From: Phoronis australis
Taxonomy: Eukaryota > Animalia > Phoronida
DNA: 64,000 bases
NCBI GenBank assembly: GCA_002633005.1
Contig: NMRA01000567.1
Span: forward strand, 68,954 to 132,953
Direction: 5' to 3'
Shown: positions 53,201 through 62,782 of the stretch, piece by piece
Layout of the letters: the number at the start of each line of letters is the position of its first letter
Numbering within the stretch: position 1 is the stretch's first letter
The notes under the pieces: generated by a model
The model's input: only the letters and a program-made list of their open reading frames with translations
The model's database searches: none
What the model was told of the DNA's origin: nothing
Translations under genes and position numbers: made by a program

Positions 53201-56200
53201 CACTTGGGTCGGCTAATTGGTCGCCCAGCGTAGACGACCAATTCGGATTAAGCGTGTCCTTGGTCGGCAATTAGCATTTTATGACTTAGCGGGTGAACTT
53301 TGGACAAACAAACATTTAACTGTTCGCTGTTCGTTTACCAGTGGCAACTCCGGTCTTGACATCGGTTTATCAAATTTTGTTCAACTATTAAATGGAGGTA
53401 AAATCGAATCAACCTACAANTCGCTGCCTGTTGAAACCTCTGGTAGCGACACCTATCAGACTATACCATCTGGCGAGATGTTGAGCCTTTGCTTTGATCA
53501 GATGTTCAGTTTACTACAGCTCCACTGTGTCAATGTTGACACTATACTCAAACTATGGTTGGCACTGAACGACGATGTGCATGATGATGGCAACACCACT
53601 GGAGCTACACCTGGTGGTGCCGTGGCTAAGTTTGAGACTTCGCGTGTGCCTAGTATTCAACTAAACCACAGCTCTGTCACCAGTCTCTTGGCTGCACTAG
53701 CCTGGTCCCCAGAGGTCTCTGTGCACACATGGGTGTTGGCCTTTCAGGTATGCTCAATCGCGTCAGGAAATTGTTCATATTTGTTATATTTTTACAATAA
53801 TTAAAAATGCCTGTATTTTACAATTTTCTTAAAACTGTTACAATTTTTACCAATGCTGTACACTAGTTTTTGATTTTTCTTCTTAGTTATCAGTGTCCTA
53901 CAGTATACTATCAGTAACATTGCTCAAAATCATGTTGTTTTATAACTTGTCAAAAATTTAAGGTAAAATAAATTAAATGTTTATTTTTTGCTGTTAAGTG
54001 GCTGGTAAGAGCCAGTTTTTAGCGTGGTTTTTTGTCAATGCTGTGGGTACCATTTAAATACTTATCACTTGTTTTGTCAGGCACTGACCCTACTCAGTCG
54101 TCGTAGTGGAGACTGGCCAGACAGATGGGTTGGACACACCATCATCAACGATCCCAACTTCCTGACGGTCCTCCTCAAGTTCATGAGTTCCTTGGACAAC
54201 AGTCCCAGTGGGAACAATCAGGTAACCTAAATAAAGGTTATCGGACAAAATACCGTTTTTCTGTTGTGATAGCATATTCTGTTAACAATGAAAGTGGCTG
54301 GTGATAACTATGGGGGTAAAAAAAATCTAATTACAAAATACCTTATCCGTCTTATATTAACTTTCCTCTTAATTCACTTTATTTGTCTGTCATGGAGGAA
54401 GACGACTCTGATGATGAGGTCAGCTTCTTCCCCTTTTTTCTGAATATTTTTGGCTCATACTGTATTCTATAATTATACAAGATTCGTCATAAAATCAGGT
54501 GAGCAAAATTTTAATACAATTTGCAGCCTTTTTGGATCTCCACATTATGCGTACTTTGGCTAACTAGTTACGAAAATTTAGAGAATACAAGTTATGAAAT
54601 TTTTGCATCTTCATTCATCTGTGCTTTTACTTAAATGAGGAACGCAGCTCTTTGTATCGTGGTAATCTCCTAATATGCAAAATTGTCCGAAGACACAACA
54701 GTGCTGTCTGTTTACTACATTCATTCACACTCGTATAATCATGAATCCTCCAAGGGTGGGAACAAAAGAAAGAGACTCGCCTTTCTCTAAGAAGTTGATC
54801 CCTGAAATGCACTTATTTTTAACAGATTTCAGTAATTTTGTCTAGGAGAGTCTTATTGAATAAAGTGGACAATCTTTTTGTGAACAAGCTTTTGCTCTTG
54901 AAAAATTGATATCAAATCATTCACTTCTCTGCACAGACTGGCCCTGTGGCAGTGGCTGCCTTCAACAAGTTCATTACAAGGTTCCATTTGCGTTGTGACT
55001 CTGATGGTGCTGGACAGTTCAAGGAACTCTTACTCAGGCTTGTCTACAAACTGTGTGCTGCAGGGTAAGTTGACCTCACAGAGGCATACAGCGGTACTGT
55101 ACAAAGTGTTCCCCTGTGAACAGTCTCCGAGGACAGGCATACAGGAAATTGGGATTGGTCTTCCTGTAACTTACTCATGCAGCTTGAAATTAATGATAAG
55201 AGCTGTTGATCTGTTCTTTTTCCCTATTGTGAGAATTTGACACAGTTTCAAAATTAATTCTTTACAGGTCTCAGTTTGAATAATTTTATTATTGACTTTT
55301 ATACCACAATATTAGCCTCGAATGGCAGATACAACCGTGTAATAACCCATAAAGTTATCTCACTAGTGAGATAACATTTTGGTGGGAAACCGTGGCCGGA
55401 TTCGAACCCGAGCCTCAAGAGTTTCGAGTCGCCGACTTTACAACTACACCACTCAGCGGCTGACGTCATCTGACGTGAAAATAGAATACTTAAATGAGCA
55501 ACAATCGCATGTTCAGCAAAGAGCATTGCACCGACATTTATACGCTATAAAAATAAGACGCATAATTTCCATACAAACGATATTTTAATTCAGTGAAATT
55601 TTTCTCTCGTGTTGTCTCACTTGTAAATCACCAATCTCCAATTTGAATGCGGGTATTGTGTCGTCGGGATCCTTTGACTTGAGCATTATAGTCAGTTACT
55701 AGTGGTAACCTACTTTAGCAGACGATATTTTCCCGGTGATAAAATATGTAGTAAGCTATGATAGTTGCTAAACCTTAATTTATAGATTCACTTTATTACT
55801 ATTTTGTTTAAATTTTCAATTGCTTTTGAGTATAAGCATTATTTGACAAAAATAGTTCGGCTTTTCTTAAAAGGTCACGACCTACGACTCCGGGCATCTG
55901 ACATAGAAAGTAGTTACAAAGCCGAGGCGAGTCGAGAAAGCTAGATCTATTCATTGCAATGTTTCTCGTTCAGTACATGGTATAAGTAGATTATTACATG
56001 TTCTCAGTCGTTATCCCCCTTATCTAGAACCCTCGTGGATTTTGGAGAATTATCACCCTCGGGCTAATGCCCCCGGGCGATAATTCTCCAAAATCCTCTT
56101 GGGCTCTAGGTAACGGGGGATAACGACTTCGCCATGTAATAATCTATATTTGAGTTGAGCAACTACATCTTGCCAATGAGTAAAAATTGAAATGCTGGTC

Positions 56201-59200
56201 TTCTTGAAGGTCAGGATTTTGTGCCTTTGTTGCATTTTGAGAGCTGTTAGTTTTAATCACAATAATCAAAGCATTGGCGTACAAGTTCGAAATTGATGTA
56301 CAATAATATTTGGGATGTGACCATTTTCAACTTGTGTTGCAGGGGAGCCTTCTCCCTTGGACAGGGACCTCTGGATGCTCAGTGCAAGCTGCTGGAGCAT
56401 GTACTTGAACAAAACTTTGACACCATTGACACAACAAATGCCATCAGTGTTATCGAAGTGGTCACATGTCTCGTCCACCGTTTCATCATGATCCCTGATC
56501 GTGTCACGTGCCGTAGCTCAGCAGACAGCCGCCTGAGTGCTAGGCGGTGTTTCGCTGGCATACTCAACCTAAGCAATCTTAGCCCGACCACTGGCGATGC
56601 CAGCCACAATCAGCTTCTCTGCAGCTTGCTGCGGTTAGTCAACATCTTGGTGCAAGTGGCACTGCCTGGTGGTAACCAGTCGGCCAATCAGAGCGAACCG
56701 AGTGATGGATCTGTGGACTCCAGTAGCTCGTCAAGCTCTGGACAGTCAATGACAGATAACATCAAGATTCACCAACGGCCGTCCCACGTGTCCAAATCAG
56801 ATGAGGAGAAGATGTCAGAAACGGACGAACAGAAGACAGAAGGAGCACCATCACGATCATCGTCTTCAGAGAGACATTCCGTGAAGAAATCTCGTGGGAA
56901 AAAGAGGCGATGCCTTTCTGACATGGTCCTCGGTCATGAGCAGATAATGACACATCTTCTGCAGGCACTTAGCCACTGCGGCTCCGTCTTGGGCAGCAAC
57001 ACTGCTCTGATACAGGATGCCATTGGGGACTGCGACCCTGTCACCGTGGGAGACGGCGTCTTCCAGATCCTGTCCACACTAAATGCTCATGCCAGCGACA
57101 TTTCACTTGTGCTCCGACCCATAATGCACTATCTTTCATCCGGATTCCATGGTATCCAGTCATCAACTATTTGTCGTCTGTCTGAGCCGTTATACTGGCT
57201 TGTCGTTCACGTGCTTGACTGTGAAGAAGCATTTGACAAGTTTCTTGAACTTGGTGCTGTTCAGATCGTCTGTCAAAATCTAGTCAATTCGAGTCGGCGC
57301 GTGGTTAATTCTGGACCGAGTCTGATCTCAACTATCATGCAACACTTTGGTAACAGCAATAAGTCCACTCAACGGAAGCGTGTCGGGTCAGATAGCTCTG
57401 AAGAACTAATAAACTACGCCCCTCTAGGTATGGCCTTTTGTAATTTGTGTGTCAAGTTCTAAAATACAAAGCGACACAGAGTGCAGAATTCTTTGATTGA
57501 CTTAAGTTGGATCTGTTTAACTCGGATCTCTGCTATAATATTGTTAGGTTCTTCTCACAGAAGTAATGCAGTTTTATTCTGAATATGTTTGAAAACTGTG
57601 TACTTCCTTTAGTTATTGCTGTTCTCTCCCTCCCTCCCTCCCTCCCTCCCTCCTATTATAAAACCAATCGTATAAAGTTGTTTCGCACAAAGATTACAAG
57701 TCAAATTGACAGGTCGTTTTTTCTACATACTAGACCGATTAAGGTTATTTCAAACCTTATTTAGAGNCTGTGAATCTCTGGTTGTAATGTGCAGTTTGTC
57801 TTATGCATATGGATGTTAGCTTCAACTCAAGTAACTACAGGATTGAACAAAAAATTGTCATTTAAAGCGGCGACCAGATTCCCTTATAAAAACACAACTT
57901 CAAGTTAAAAACGATATGACAAGTTTGTGGCAGTGGAACTGGCTATAAAAATAATTTACAAAATTCTTTGTCTGGAATTACTAAACTGTTTGGACCTGTA
58001 AAACTACTTCTTAACGTCTCCCCAGAAGGTCAAGAAATTTTAAAGGTAAATCTGTTAGTGGCTTTTAAGTTGATGGAAATTTTCAGTTCCTATCTAGAAG
58101 TTGTAACTAATGTAAGAATGATACAACTGTGTATGACTTTGAAGTTCACTCGAATTACTAGAAGCTTTGTATTCTAAAGTATTCAAGGTTTTTCATCTCC
58201 TGGTCGTCTGTTATTCCAGGCACCATTACATCCAGTAGCCCCACGGCAGGGCCAGCTGACATTCTGATCCAGTCATCACCGCCTCACCGACGTGCCCGTA
58301 CTGCTGCCTGGTCATATCACTTCTACCCTGAAGAAAACTGGATTGACTTGACCATCCAGCTGCCATGCCCTGTGCTGCTGAGAGAGGTTCATGTTCAGCC
58401 ACACATATCATCATTGGCTAGTGAGTGTTAGTTCAGTGACCATGTTCGGTGTTTTAGCCCTGTTTCCATAGGCAGTGTTCATATTGTACTGGCCATTGCT
58501 TTGATGGTTTAGATATTTCTGTGTTGGTGACCCTTGTAAATGTGTTAGGCATTAGAGAAGTAGTTTTCAAAATATACTAGATGTACTTCTTCCAAACGTT
58601 TTGCCAGAATCATGTGGCATTTTAGGTGGACTTTTGTAGGAGTTTAGTGTGATGCTTTTGCGCTAGTCACTAATTGTTTATTTATGAACGGATACGCAGT
58701 GTAAGTTGCCATGACGACATGCATGGATCAACCGACACCTGTCAAGATTTAGCGAGAATTGAAACATTCTTGTCGAAAGGCCATGGATATATAGTCACAG
58801 TTTTGTGTGCCGAAACTGTCGAATTTCAATGTTGTTTTTTTTGAAACATTAATACTTGTTATTTTTTTGTATCAAACACACTACAATGAAAGACAATGTT
58901 CAAAGTATTTCATTCTCTCTTTAAATTTAAAAGCTATCGTCCCCTGCTTTTAGTTATCAGTCATGGTATTTGCGACATGTTACCTTAAATTAAATTTGTT
59001 CTCAGTAGATCACTTTTGATTCTTTTTTGTCTGCTTCCAGCCTCACCTCACTCGGTGGTCGTGGAGGTCAGTCCCAATTCCTCTTCGCCCCCCGTGCCTG
59101 TCACTGCGCCTTTGCCCACCACTGGCCTGAGTAACATTCGTCTCGACCTCAACAAGCCAGAGGTGGCATGTGTAGTCACCATACGCCTACAGAAGCCGCG

Positions 59201-62200
59201 GGACACTTCCACTCTGGGTCTGGCTCAAATCATGCTTGTGGGCTCGACGGCGTTCTCTTGGACTAGCAAAGGTCTGGCAGGTCATGATGACATCATCTCC
59301 GGTACCAGGTATGCAACGGGACATGCTTGTCAAATTGACGATCTCTGGCTCTGTGGTATTTCAATATAAAAGTTAATCATCATTACTTACGAGAGTCTGA
59401 TTTTATAACCAGTTCCACTGTCAGACCGGTTTTTGTTTGATCAAGACCAAAAAATGCTATAAGACCATCAAAACCAATGACTAGTTGCTATGCAATGACG
59501 ATCCATTGGTTGTCCATGTACTAAGTGCCTTTGACATTGTATTTATCGTTCTACATTTTCTTAGTGTATTTCGTTGTTGTCAGCTAATGGTTATTATTCT
59601 GCTATCATGGTGTATGATATTTCCTAGAGAAAATTGTATTTCGTAGACTATGCCTATTAGGACACACTATATCATAATTCAACACCTGCTTCCTGTTCCA
59701 GTGTGTGCTGGCTACGTCTGCTTCACCACTTTCTGGTTCACAACGACACCGTCGCGGCCAAGACAGCGTTGGCGGCTGCCTCCACCCCCAACCTGCTCAA
59801 GACGTGCACGGCGCTGATGTTGGCCCAATCGCAGCAGGGACACTTCTCTGAGCAGGCTAAAGTGGCTCTGCTCAAGATGGGCCTCCACCGGGCTGAGATG
59901 GGGCTCGCTGTCATTGACAGTTTGCTGAGGAACTCGACGTTCTCTGCTGAAGGTAGGATAGTGTTTGGCAATGTGGTTTGCTGTGTTGATGTGCAGCATA
60001 TAGTTATATTTCTGGAGAATTGTATTTATGCTTCCATAATTAGGCAAATTTGAATTTCTTGTGAAAACTCCTGATAACTCAACCACTATGCTCTCAAACA
60101 TCATAATTTACTGTCCAGTATGTAACGCACCTGACAATTTACTATCTTGTATTTGTTATATTTTGGCCCATTAGCCATATGTATATTACTCCATATGTTA
60201 AATACATAGTGAAGTACCATGAACTGGGGAGGCATTGTTGCCATGTCGTCAAGTCTGATTTCATTGTCAATTCTGATGATCGTGAAGTAACTTTGAACTG
60301 ATAAATATCCAGCTGAGTCTACTTTATTTAGAAATAATCATATGTTAGTTTTGGTACCACTATCCAGGTAAGAATGCCTTTTGGTTGTGTCTGAATTTCA
60401 TGATATCCCTTAACTCTTCTGTTTCTGCCTGTTTAGGAGAGCTTTGTCTTATTTGCTCCTACACACAATGAAGTCTAGTTAGTTTGGTTTTAAGAAGTAC
60501 TGTATGACATGTTCTAGTTGTTTCCTTCAGCACATCTATTTCTTGTATTATTTCACAGAGAGCGTCCCGTGTCTGTATGGCAAGACTAATGGAGCTGCGA
60601 CAGACGCCACAGTGGATCTTTTGTATGCTCTGGGAGTTCACCAAGATGAGGGTACTGAAGAAAGGTAACACTCCCCAGCTAGAGAATGGTCTGCACTCCA
60701 GACTTTGCATTTCCAAAGGAAAAGTTCTTTTGTTTTCACAATACTGTTGATAAAAATCAGGATTACCGCACACTGGTTTTTGTTAGACAAACGTGGTCAT
60801 CACCAAGCTCCATGCATTGTGTCCAAGATTTGGTGTATAATTACTGTGATTTTGATCATAATGTAGTCTTGGGTTTCCTTAACTACAAACACGGGTCGAT
60901 TCTGTTCATTAATGATGGTGCTTGTGACTTTGTGCTTTTTGTAACACAAATTTATCATTAAAACATAACCAATTAGAGTATTTTGTAGAAGCAAACATTG
61001 GACTACTTGAACTTTTGTTTCAGAGTGCGGGCACTGTGCGATTGGCTAGGTGACACTGCTCGTGTGGCCCTGCAACACTCTGGACCAGAGAACGAGCCGC
61101 TCCCCCGGCAGTCCCCACGGACCACCTCGTTCCTGGAGGGCCTGCCCAACCCCTCCCCAGCACATGTTCACTGTGTGGCAGCAGTCCTCTGGCACAGTGT
61201 CCAGCTAGGCACGTCTTACAGTCTAGGCTCACTAGTCACACGTGAGCTCCTCAGCTCCCTCTATGAGTGGTCCATGACACTACCACATATGTCAGCATTG
61301 AAGAAATCTGTGGATGCTGTTATCTGCTCCTTGTGTCACGTCAACCCGAGTTTCTTCAGCCTGGTGCTCGAGTGGATGGGAATTGCCATGCAGGATACCG
61401 TTAATTTGGACTCATCTCTCTGTGATGATCAGAAGGACTCCCAACGGCAAATCAGCCATGACGAGCACATGACTGATGACTCCAAGGAGGCATGTCAAGG
61501 GCGTACTACAGACTTACCGATGCCCCTGCATGACTTCAGCCTTCTCCTATTGGACGAGACCCACCTGACTACGCTGGGCATGGCCTGTCGTTCGACATTC
61601 GCCACCAGCCAGTTACTACGCTGTGGTTTCCCAGCCATCCTCGCCCAGGCATTAGTCGAGTTTTGCTCAAAGGAGATTTCCCGCCTTGCCTGCACATCCT
61701 CCACTGTGGTGTTGGAGCAGGGACAGGAAAGTGTTGGTAGGCTGGGTAACATCCGGAGTCCTCGTACAGGCAAGCGCAGGGCCAGCTCTGAGTCTGTGCA
61801 ATCTCAAAGTGGTGAGTGGTACATCACGCTTTTGTGACGAGCTACAAGACATCTTGGATGATTGTACAATTGTTAGTTTTTACACTAACTAGAGAGACTA
61901 TGTTCATTTCTATGTCTGGGATGCAAGTATTCCAAATAGAAAGCTTTGTCAAACTTTTGTGGCAATGTAGCTTAACTTAATATATATAAAAATTTGAGTC
62001 AGCATTTTATGTGACATTACTGTGCCTGGTTGCTGATTGGTTGTGAGTTTGCAAGGTGAGCTTATTGCACTTTTGGCAAAGTGCGTAGAGCATCTGCTGT
62101 CCAGATTTTGTCAAGATTGGTTTGTGAATGAAAAGAAATGAACGTTTTGTCATGGTTCAGTGCATTGAAACTTGCTGAATTTTGGCAGTGTTCAGTTTAT

Positions 62201-62782
62201 TTTGAAAACTATTATAATAATGCAACATTAATGCTAATTTTCGCCTGTTATAATTATTTTTCATTACTACCAGTTAACTTGATTAGACAAGATTTAAGAC
62301 AATTGTGAAAATAAAAACAAAAGGTTAATTATTCTTGTAAGATGTTGTGTTGTAAATATAAGGACAGCCAAATTCAAGTGAAAGCAAGTGAGGTTTCATG
62401 TTTCACTTGAAATACAAAGTGATATCTTAGGAAGACTTGCATGGTCTCACCAAGCTCGCAAGAAACAAGCCTTATGAAGTTGCCCCTCACATGTCCTATA
62501 ACTTCAAAGTTTTGAGGAACAAACTGAGAGTAAAAAGTCACTCTTATGATATAAAAGTATGGTTGCTTTACCCAATTCTTCATCTGTGTCCCCACAGACA
62601 AATACCTGTGCCTGACGGCTGATCTCGTCGCTCCGGTTCTTTACCTGCTGACGGAGGCTGCTAACGAACCCAGTATGAAGGACTGGCTGGGTGAACCCGA
62701 GGGTCACGTCTTCTGGTCACCACTCCTCAATATGTTGTGCAATACACCAGTGCCAGCGCAGACGGCACCAATGAAGATCAAG
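17077..62782 (+). CDS. BIRC6: Baculoviral IAP repeat-containing protein 6 (BRUCE/Apollon), exons 1-42, 3'-incomplete (UBC domain lies beyond the window)
   Basis: BIR domain (WALPDPMAQAGFFHQP..DDRARCFICNVCLVCWEPTDEPWSEHERHSPTCPFV, CX2CX16HX6C) and BIRC6-specific motifs EIQQEQQQRRHPQHL, GLLEVEPLHF, ERMHSGARRFVVLDFG, ALDARLE, PPHRRARTAAWSYHFYPEE; exon phases chain consistently. Confidence 0.97.
18614..18850. mobile_element. hAT-like MITE in BIRC6 intron 1
   Basis: Perfect 13-bp TIR CAGGGCTTGGAAT / ATTCCAAGCCCTG; flanks atactt / atgctt. Confidence 0.8.
19085..19266 (+). CDS. BIRC6: BIRC6 exon 2
   Basis: DKVLFCDGDSVCLRKDLSGVLLLDTALQ...KIELPLPE; cag/gtatc. Confidence 0.93.
20109..20243 (+). CDS. 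BIRC6: BIRC6 exon 3
   Basis: ANHLYKSL...KDNHKVLK; cag/gtagg. Confidence 0.92.
21499..21749 (+). CDS. BIRC6: BIRC6 exon 4 (BIR start)
   Basis: WATVCLKLPH...LMYSEAARRDTFIDWPHMNY; tag/gtagg. Confidence 0.95.
21907..22035 (+). CDS. BIRC6: BIRC6 exon 5 (BIR core)
   Basis: WALPDPMAQAGF...CFICNVCLVCWEPTDEP; cag/gtatg. Confidence 0.96.
23960..24074 (+). CDS. BIRC6: BIRC6 exon 6 (BIR end)
   Basis: SEHERHSPTCPFVKGEYTRNVPLSVT; cag/gtatt. Confidence 0.95.
24595..24690 (+). CDS. BIRC6: BIRC6 exon 7
   Basis: IECVGTT...GNIVVWNVSRQLK; cag/gtaagt. Confidence 0.92.
25613..25707 (+). CDS. BIRC6: BIRC6 exon 8
   Basis: KELQFNLDPSSVFDEQ...; cag/gtgag, phase 0->2. Confidence 0.85.
26510..28056 (+). mobile_element. 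Helentron/DINE-1-like non-autonomous element with ~10 degenerate ~145-bp tandem units
   Basis: Recurring gcc(c/t)ctagtggc.atttt and ttcatgaaatttggca motifs at ~140-150 bp spacing; 5' end homologous to the copy at 63449; 3' stem-loop (about 28008-28036) followed by cttgttt. Confidence 0.7.
28397..28461 (+). CDS. BIRC6: BIRC6 exon 9 (short, poorly conserved)
   Basis: AIETKAKSDLGEATPVHPPLK; strong pyrimidine tract+cag/gtatg; needed to bridge phase 2->1. Confidence 0.8.
29900..31102 (+). CDS. BIRC6: BIRC6 exon 10 (1203 nt)
   Basis: Long open frame incl. GTILQCVRLP...ISSITPTYDGKHVIVV...YVSLTYCN; cag/gtaac. Confidence 0.93.
32391..32564 (+). CDS. BIRC6: BIRC6 exon 11
   Basis: GVDRLCAATDMGKLHFLQIG; tag/gtgag. 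Confidence 0.93.
32845..33055 (+). repeat. Short degenerate copy of the same Helentron-like family
   Basis: cacccacatat...aaaatttggcca...cttcctagtggccatttt motifs. Confidence 0.5.
33541..33754 (+). CDS. BIRC6: BIRC6 exon 12
   Basis: LTLFENLMPRYSATLPPCWYEIQQEQQQRRHPQHLQQQG...HTRTWKLQ; cag/gtagg. Confidence 0.95.
34486..34996 (+). CDS. BIRC6: BIRC6 exon 13
   Basis: WSEHLLEIALPRPSCIGHIDLKF...ILCGP...LTSPQL; tag/gtgag. Confidence 0.94.
35386..35654 (+). CDS. BIRC6: BIRC6 exon 14
   Basis: ...EDIRGCDWLHEVSVTIRK; tag/gtaag. Confidence 0.9.
36578..36754 (+). CDS. BIRC6: BIRC6 exon 15
   Basis: FQRVAML...QGLALDILCWIT; cag/gtgag. Confidence 0.92.
37539..37661 (+). CDS. BIRC6: BIRC6 exon 16
   Basis: LVRSCFIHSGRTVAHKCAKLLVLCI; cag/gtgag. 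Confidence 0.93.
37962..38216 (+). CDS. BIRC6: BIRC6 exon 17
   Basis: SAGAVRWFFTLLNHVK...LHAVLRT; cag/gtcag. Confidence 0.93.
38474..38705 (+). CDS. BIRC6: BIRC6 exon 18
   Basis: RFGLYGNPCEPSLFDVEP...DIDFK; tag/gtgtg. Confidence 0.9.
39115..39256 (+). CDS. BIRC6: BIRC6 exon 19
   Basis: GLLEVEPLHFVCHATSDGTKMEK; cag/gtcaa. Confidence 0.93.
39687..40183 (+). CDS. BIRC6: BIRC6 exon 20
   Basis: SAEQQLQQLQ...LQQQKAKLEQKL...PPTPKSTPLFMTPPVTPPNE; cag/gtgag. Confidence 0.93.
41185..41296 (+). CDS. BIRC6: BIRC6 exon 21
   Basis: FLQQPTPHVLVIERMHS; cag/gtgag. Confidence 0.93.
42313..42527 (+). CDS. BIRC6: BIRC6 exon 22
   Basis: GARRFVVLDFGHPILLTDVLIPSCADLASLSID...CRYLK; tag/gtagc. Confidence 0.96.
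44383..45155 (+). CDS. BIRC6: BIRC6 exon 23
   Basis: ITTVGRYG...IPIGSFYGH...EDIQCRYNLAC...FPKD; tag/gtagg. Confidence 0.95.
45423..45565 (+). CDS. BIRC6: BIRC6 exon 24
   Basis: RVFILLSALGQRSL; tag/gtatg. Confidence 0.92.
46682..46810 (+). CDS. BIRC6: BIRC6 exon 25
   Basis: TLDLPLVTWMLLFLSRILD; tag/gtata. Confidence 0.88.
47095..47298 (+). CDS. BIRC6: BIRC6 exon 26
   Basis: RWDFLQG...LHKRLLHHKQQLLSL; cag/gtgagt. Confidence 0.9.
47709..47836 (+). CDS. BIRC6: BIRC6 exon 27
   Basis: SKMQEMDL...LKQHSAK; tag/gtgag. Confidence 0.88.
48483..48704 (+). CDS. BIRC6: BIRC6 exon 28
   Basis: HLKDIIQIRRT...LDFSCNVDLFLVACK; cag/gtaaa. Confidence 0.93.
49086..50384. mobile_element. Non-autonomous pogo/Tc1-mariner-type DNA transposon (~1.3 kb)
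   Basis: 25-bp TIR cagtattcgccgtaataaccgccca / tgggcggttattacggtgaatacgg; flanks TG (left, probably mutated TA) and TA (right); subterminal gggcgcttat/gggcgattat repeats. Confidence 0.82.
50569..50752 (+). CDS. BIRC6: BIRC6 exon 29
   Basis: VIAKIT..RPAISLSE...ISWGGPWAGHAIVCLLQDILE; AAG acceptor/gtagg. Confidence 0.92.
51102..51266 (+). CDS. BIRC6: BIRC6 exon 30
   Basis: GEKLYPPT...; cag/gttag. Confidence 0.88.
51555..51738 (+). CDS. BIRC6: BIRC6 exon 31
   Basis: SPGPKKGEKYDKETSLFMDLLL...; tag/gtagg; phases fit. Confidence 0.85.
52527..52710 (+). CDS. BIRC6: BIRC6 exon 32
   Basis: VSTALDARLEYGVDCCAELRLK; tag/gtagg. Confidence 0.92.
53068..53270. repeat. CpG-rich cluster of GGTCG/CGACC repeats in both orientations; probable MITE end (Harbinger-like), adjacent to an assembly gap
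   Basis: More than ten ggtcg/cgacc motifs including the palindromes ccgaccggtcgg and cgaccggtcg. Confidence 0.6.
53421..53747 (+). CDS. BIRC6: BIRC6 exon 33 (5' end missing at assembly gap N 53420)
   Basis: MLSLCFDQMFSLL...ILKLWLALN...TWVLAFQ; donor gtatg; no phase-0 acceptor found before the N. Confidence 0.85.
54081..54221 (+). CDS. BIRC6: BIRC6 exon 34
   Basis: ALTLLS...DPNFLTVLLKFMS; cag/gtaac. Confidence 0.92.
54937..55064 (+). CDS. BIRC6: BIRC6 exon 35
   Basis: TGPVAVAAFNKFITR...FKELLLRLVYKL; cag/gtaag. Confidence 0.92.
55300..56148. mobile_element. Crypton-like (hairpin-ended) non-autonomous element containing the tRNA-like head; boundaries approximate
   Basis: ~160-bp foldback at 55987-56146 with centre ccctcgggctaatgcccccggg; perfect 22-bp palindrome at 55354-55375; similar direct ends ccgtgtaataacccata / ccatgtaataatctata. 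Family assignment is inference. Confidence 0.45.
55388..55460 (-). other. tRNA-derived Pol III promoter head (SINE-like/pseudo-tRNA), not a functional tRNA
   Basis: Minus strand gccgctgagTGGTGTAGTTGtaaagtcggcgactcgaaactcttgaggctcgGGTTCGAATCCggccacggtt: A box and B box present, anticodon and T stems mispaired. Confidence 0.75.
56343..57427 (+). CDS. BIRC6: BIRC6 exon 36 (1085 nt)
   Basis: GPLDAQCKLLE...LSEPLYWL...LINYAPL; cag/gtatg. Confidence 0.95.
57627..57653 (+). repeat. (TCCC)n microsatellite
   Basis: tccctccctccctccctccctccctcc read directly. Confidence 0.85.
58220..58420 (+). CDS. BIRC6: BIRC6 exon 37
   Basis: GTITSSSPTAGPADILIQSSPPHRRARTAAWSYHFYPEE...QPHISSLA; cag/gtgagt. Confidence 0.96.
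59041..59308 (+). CDS. BIRC6: BIRC6 exon 38
   Basis: SPHSVVVEVS...RLQKPRDTSTLGLAQIMLVG; cag/gtatg. Confidence 0.95.
59702..59952 (+). CDS. BIRC6: BIRC6 exon 39
   Basis: WLRLLHHFL...PNLLKTCTALM...IDSLLRN; cag/gtagg. Confidence 0.94.
60559..60664 (+). CDS. BIRC6: BIRC6 exon 40
   Basis: LYGKTNGAATDATVDLLYALGVHQDEGTEE; cag/gtaac. Confidence 0.92.
61024..61811 (+). CDS. BIRC6: BIRC6 exon 41
   Basis: PSPAHVHCVAAVLWHS...LYEWSMTLP...LKKSVDAVICSLCHV...MTDDSK; cag/gtgagt. Confidence 0.95.
62598..62782 (+). CDS. BIRC6: BIRC6 exon 42 (last in window)
   Basis: LTADLVAPVL...MKDWLG...FWSPLLNMLC; cag/gtaat. Confidence 0.93.

Noticed and set aside
53217-53804. 195-aa ORF as a single coding exon
   Set aside because: It reads through an N gap; the first ~68 codons are repeat-derived and only 53421-53747 is BIRC6.
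55388-55460. tRNA gene (apparent TCG/CGA anticodon region)
   Set aside because: A and B boxes are present but the anticodon stem does not pair and the T and acceptor stems are broken; treated as a tRNA-derived repeat.
30138-61773. Numerous minus-strand ORFs overlapping large BIRC6 exons (e.g. 34508-34834, 39661-39972, 59712-60104, 61495-61773)
   Set aside because: Antisense shadows of GC-richer coding exons with no independent motifs.
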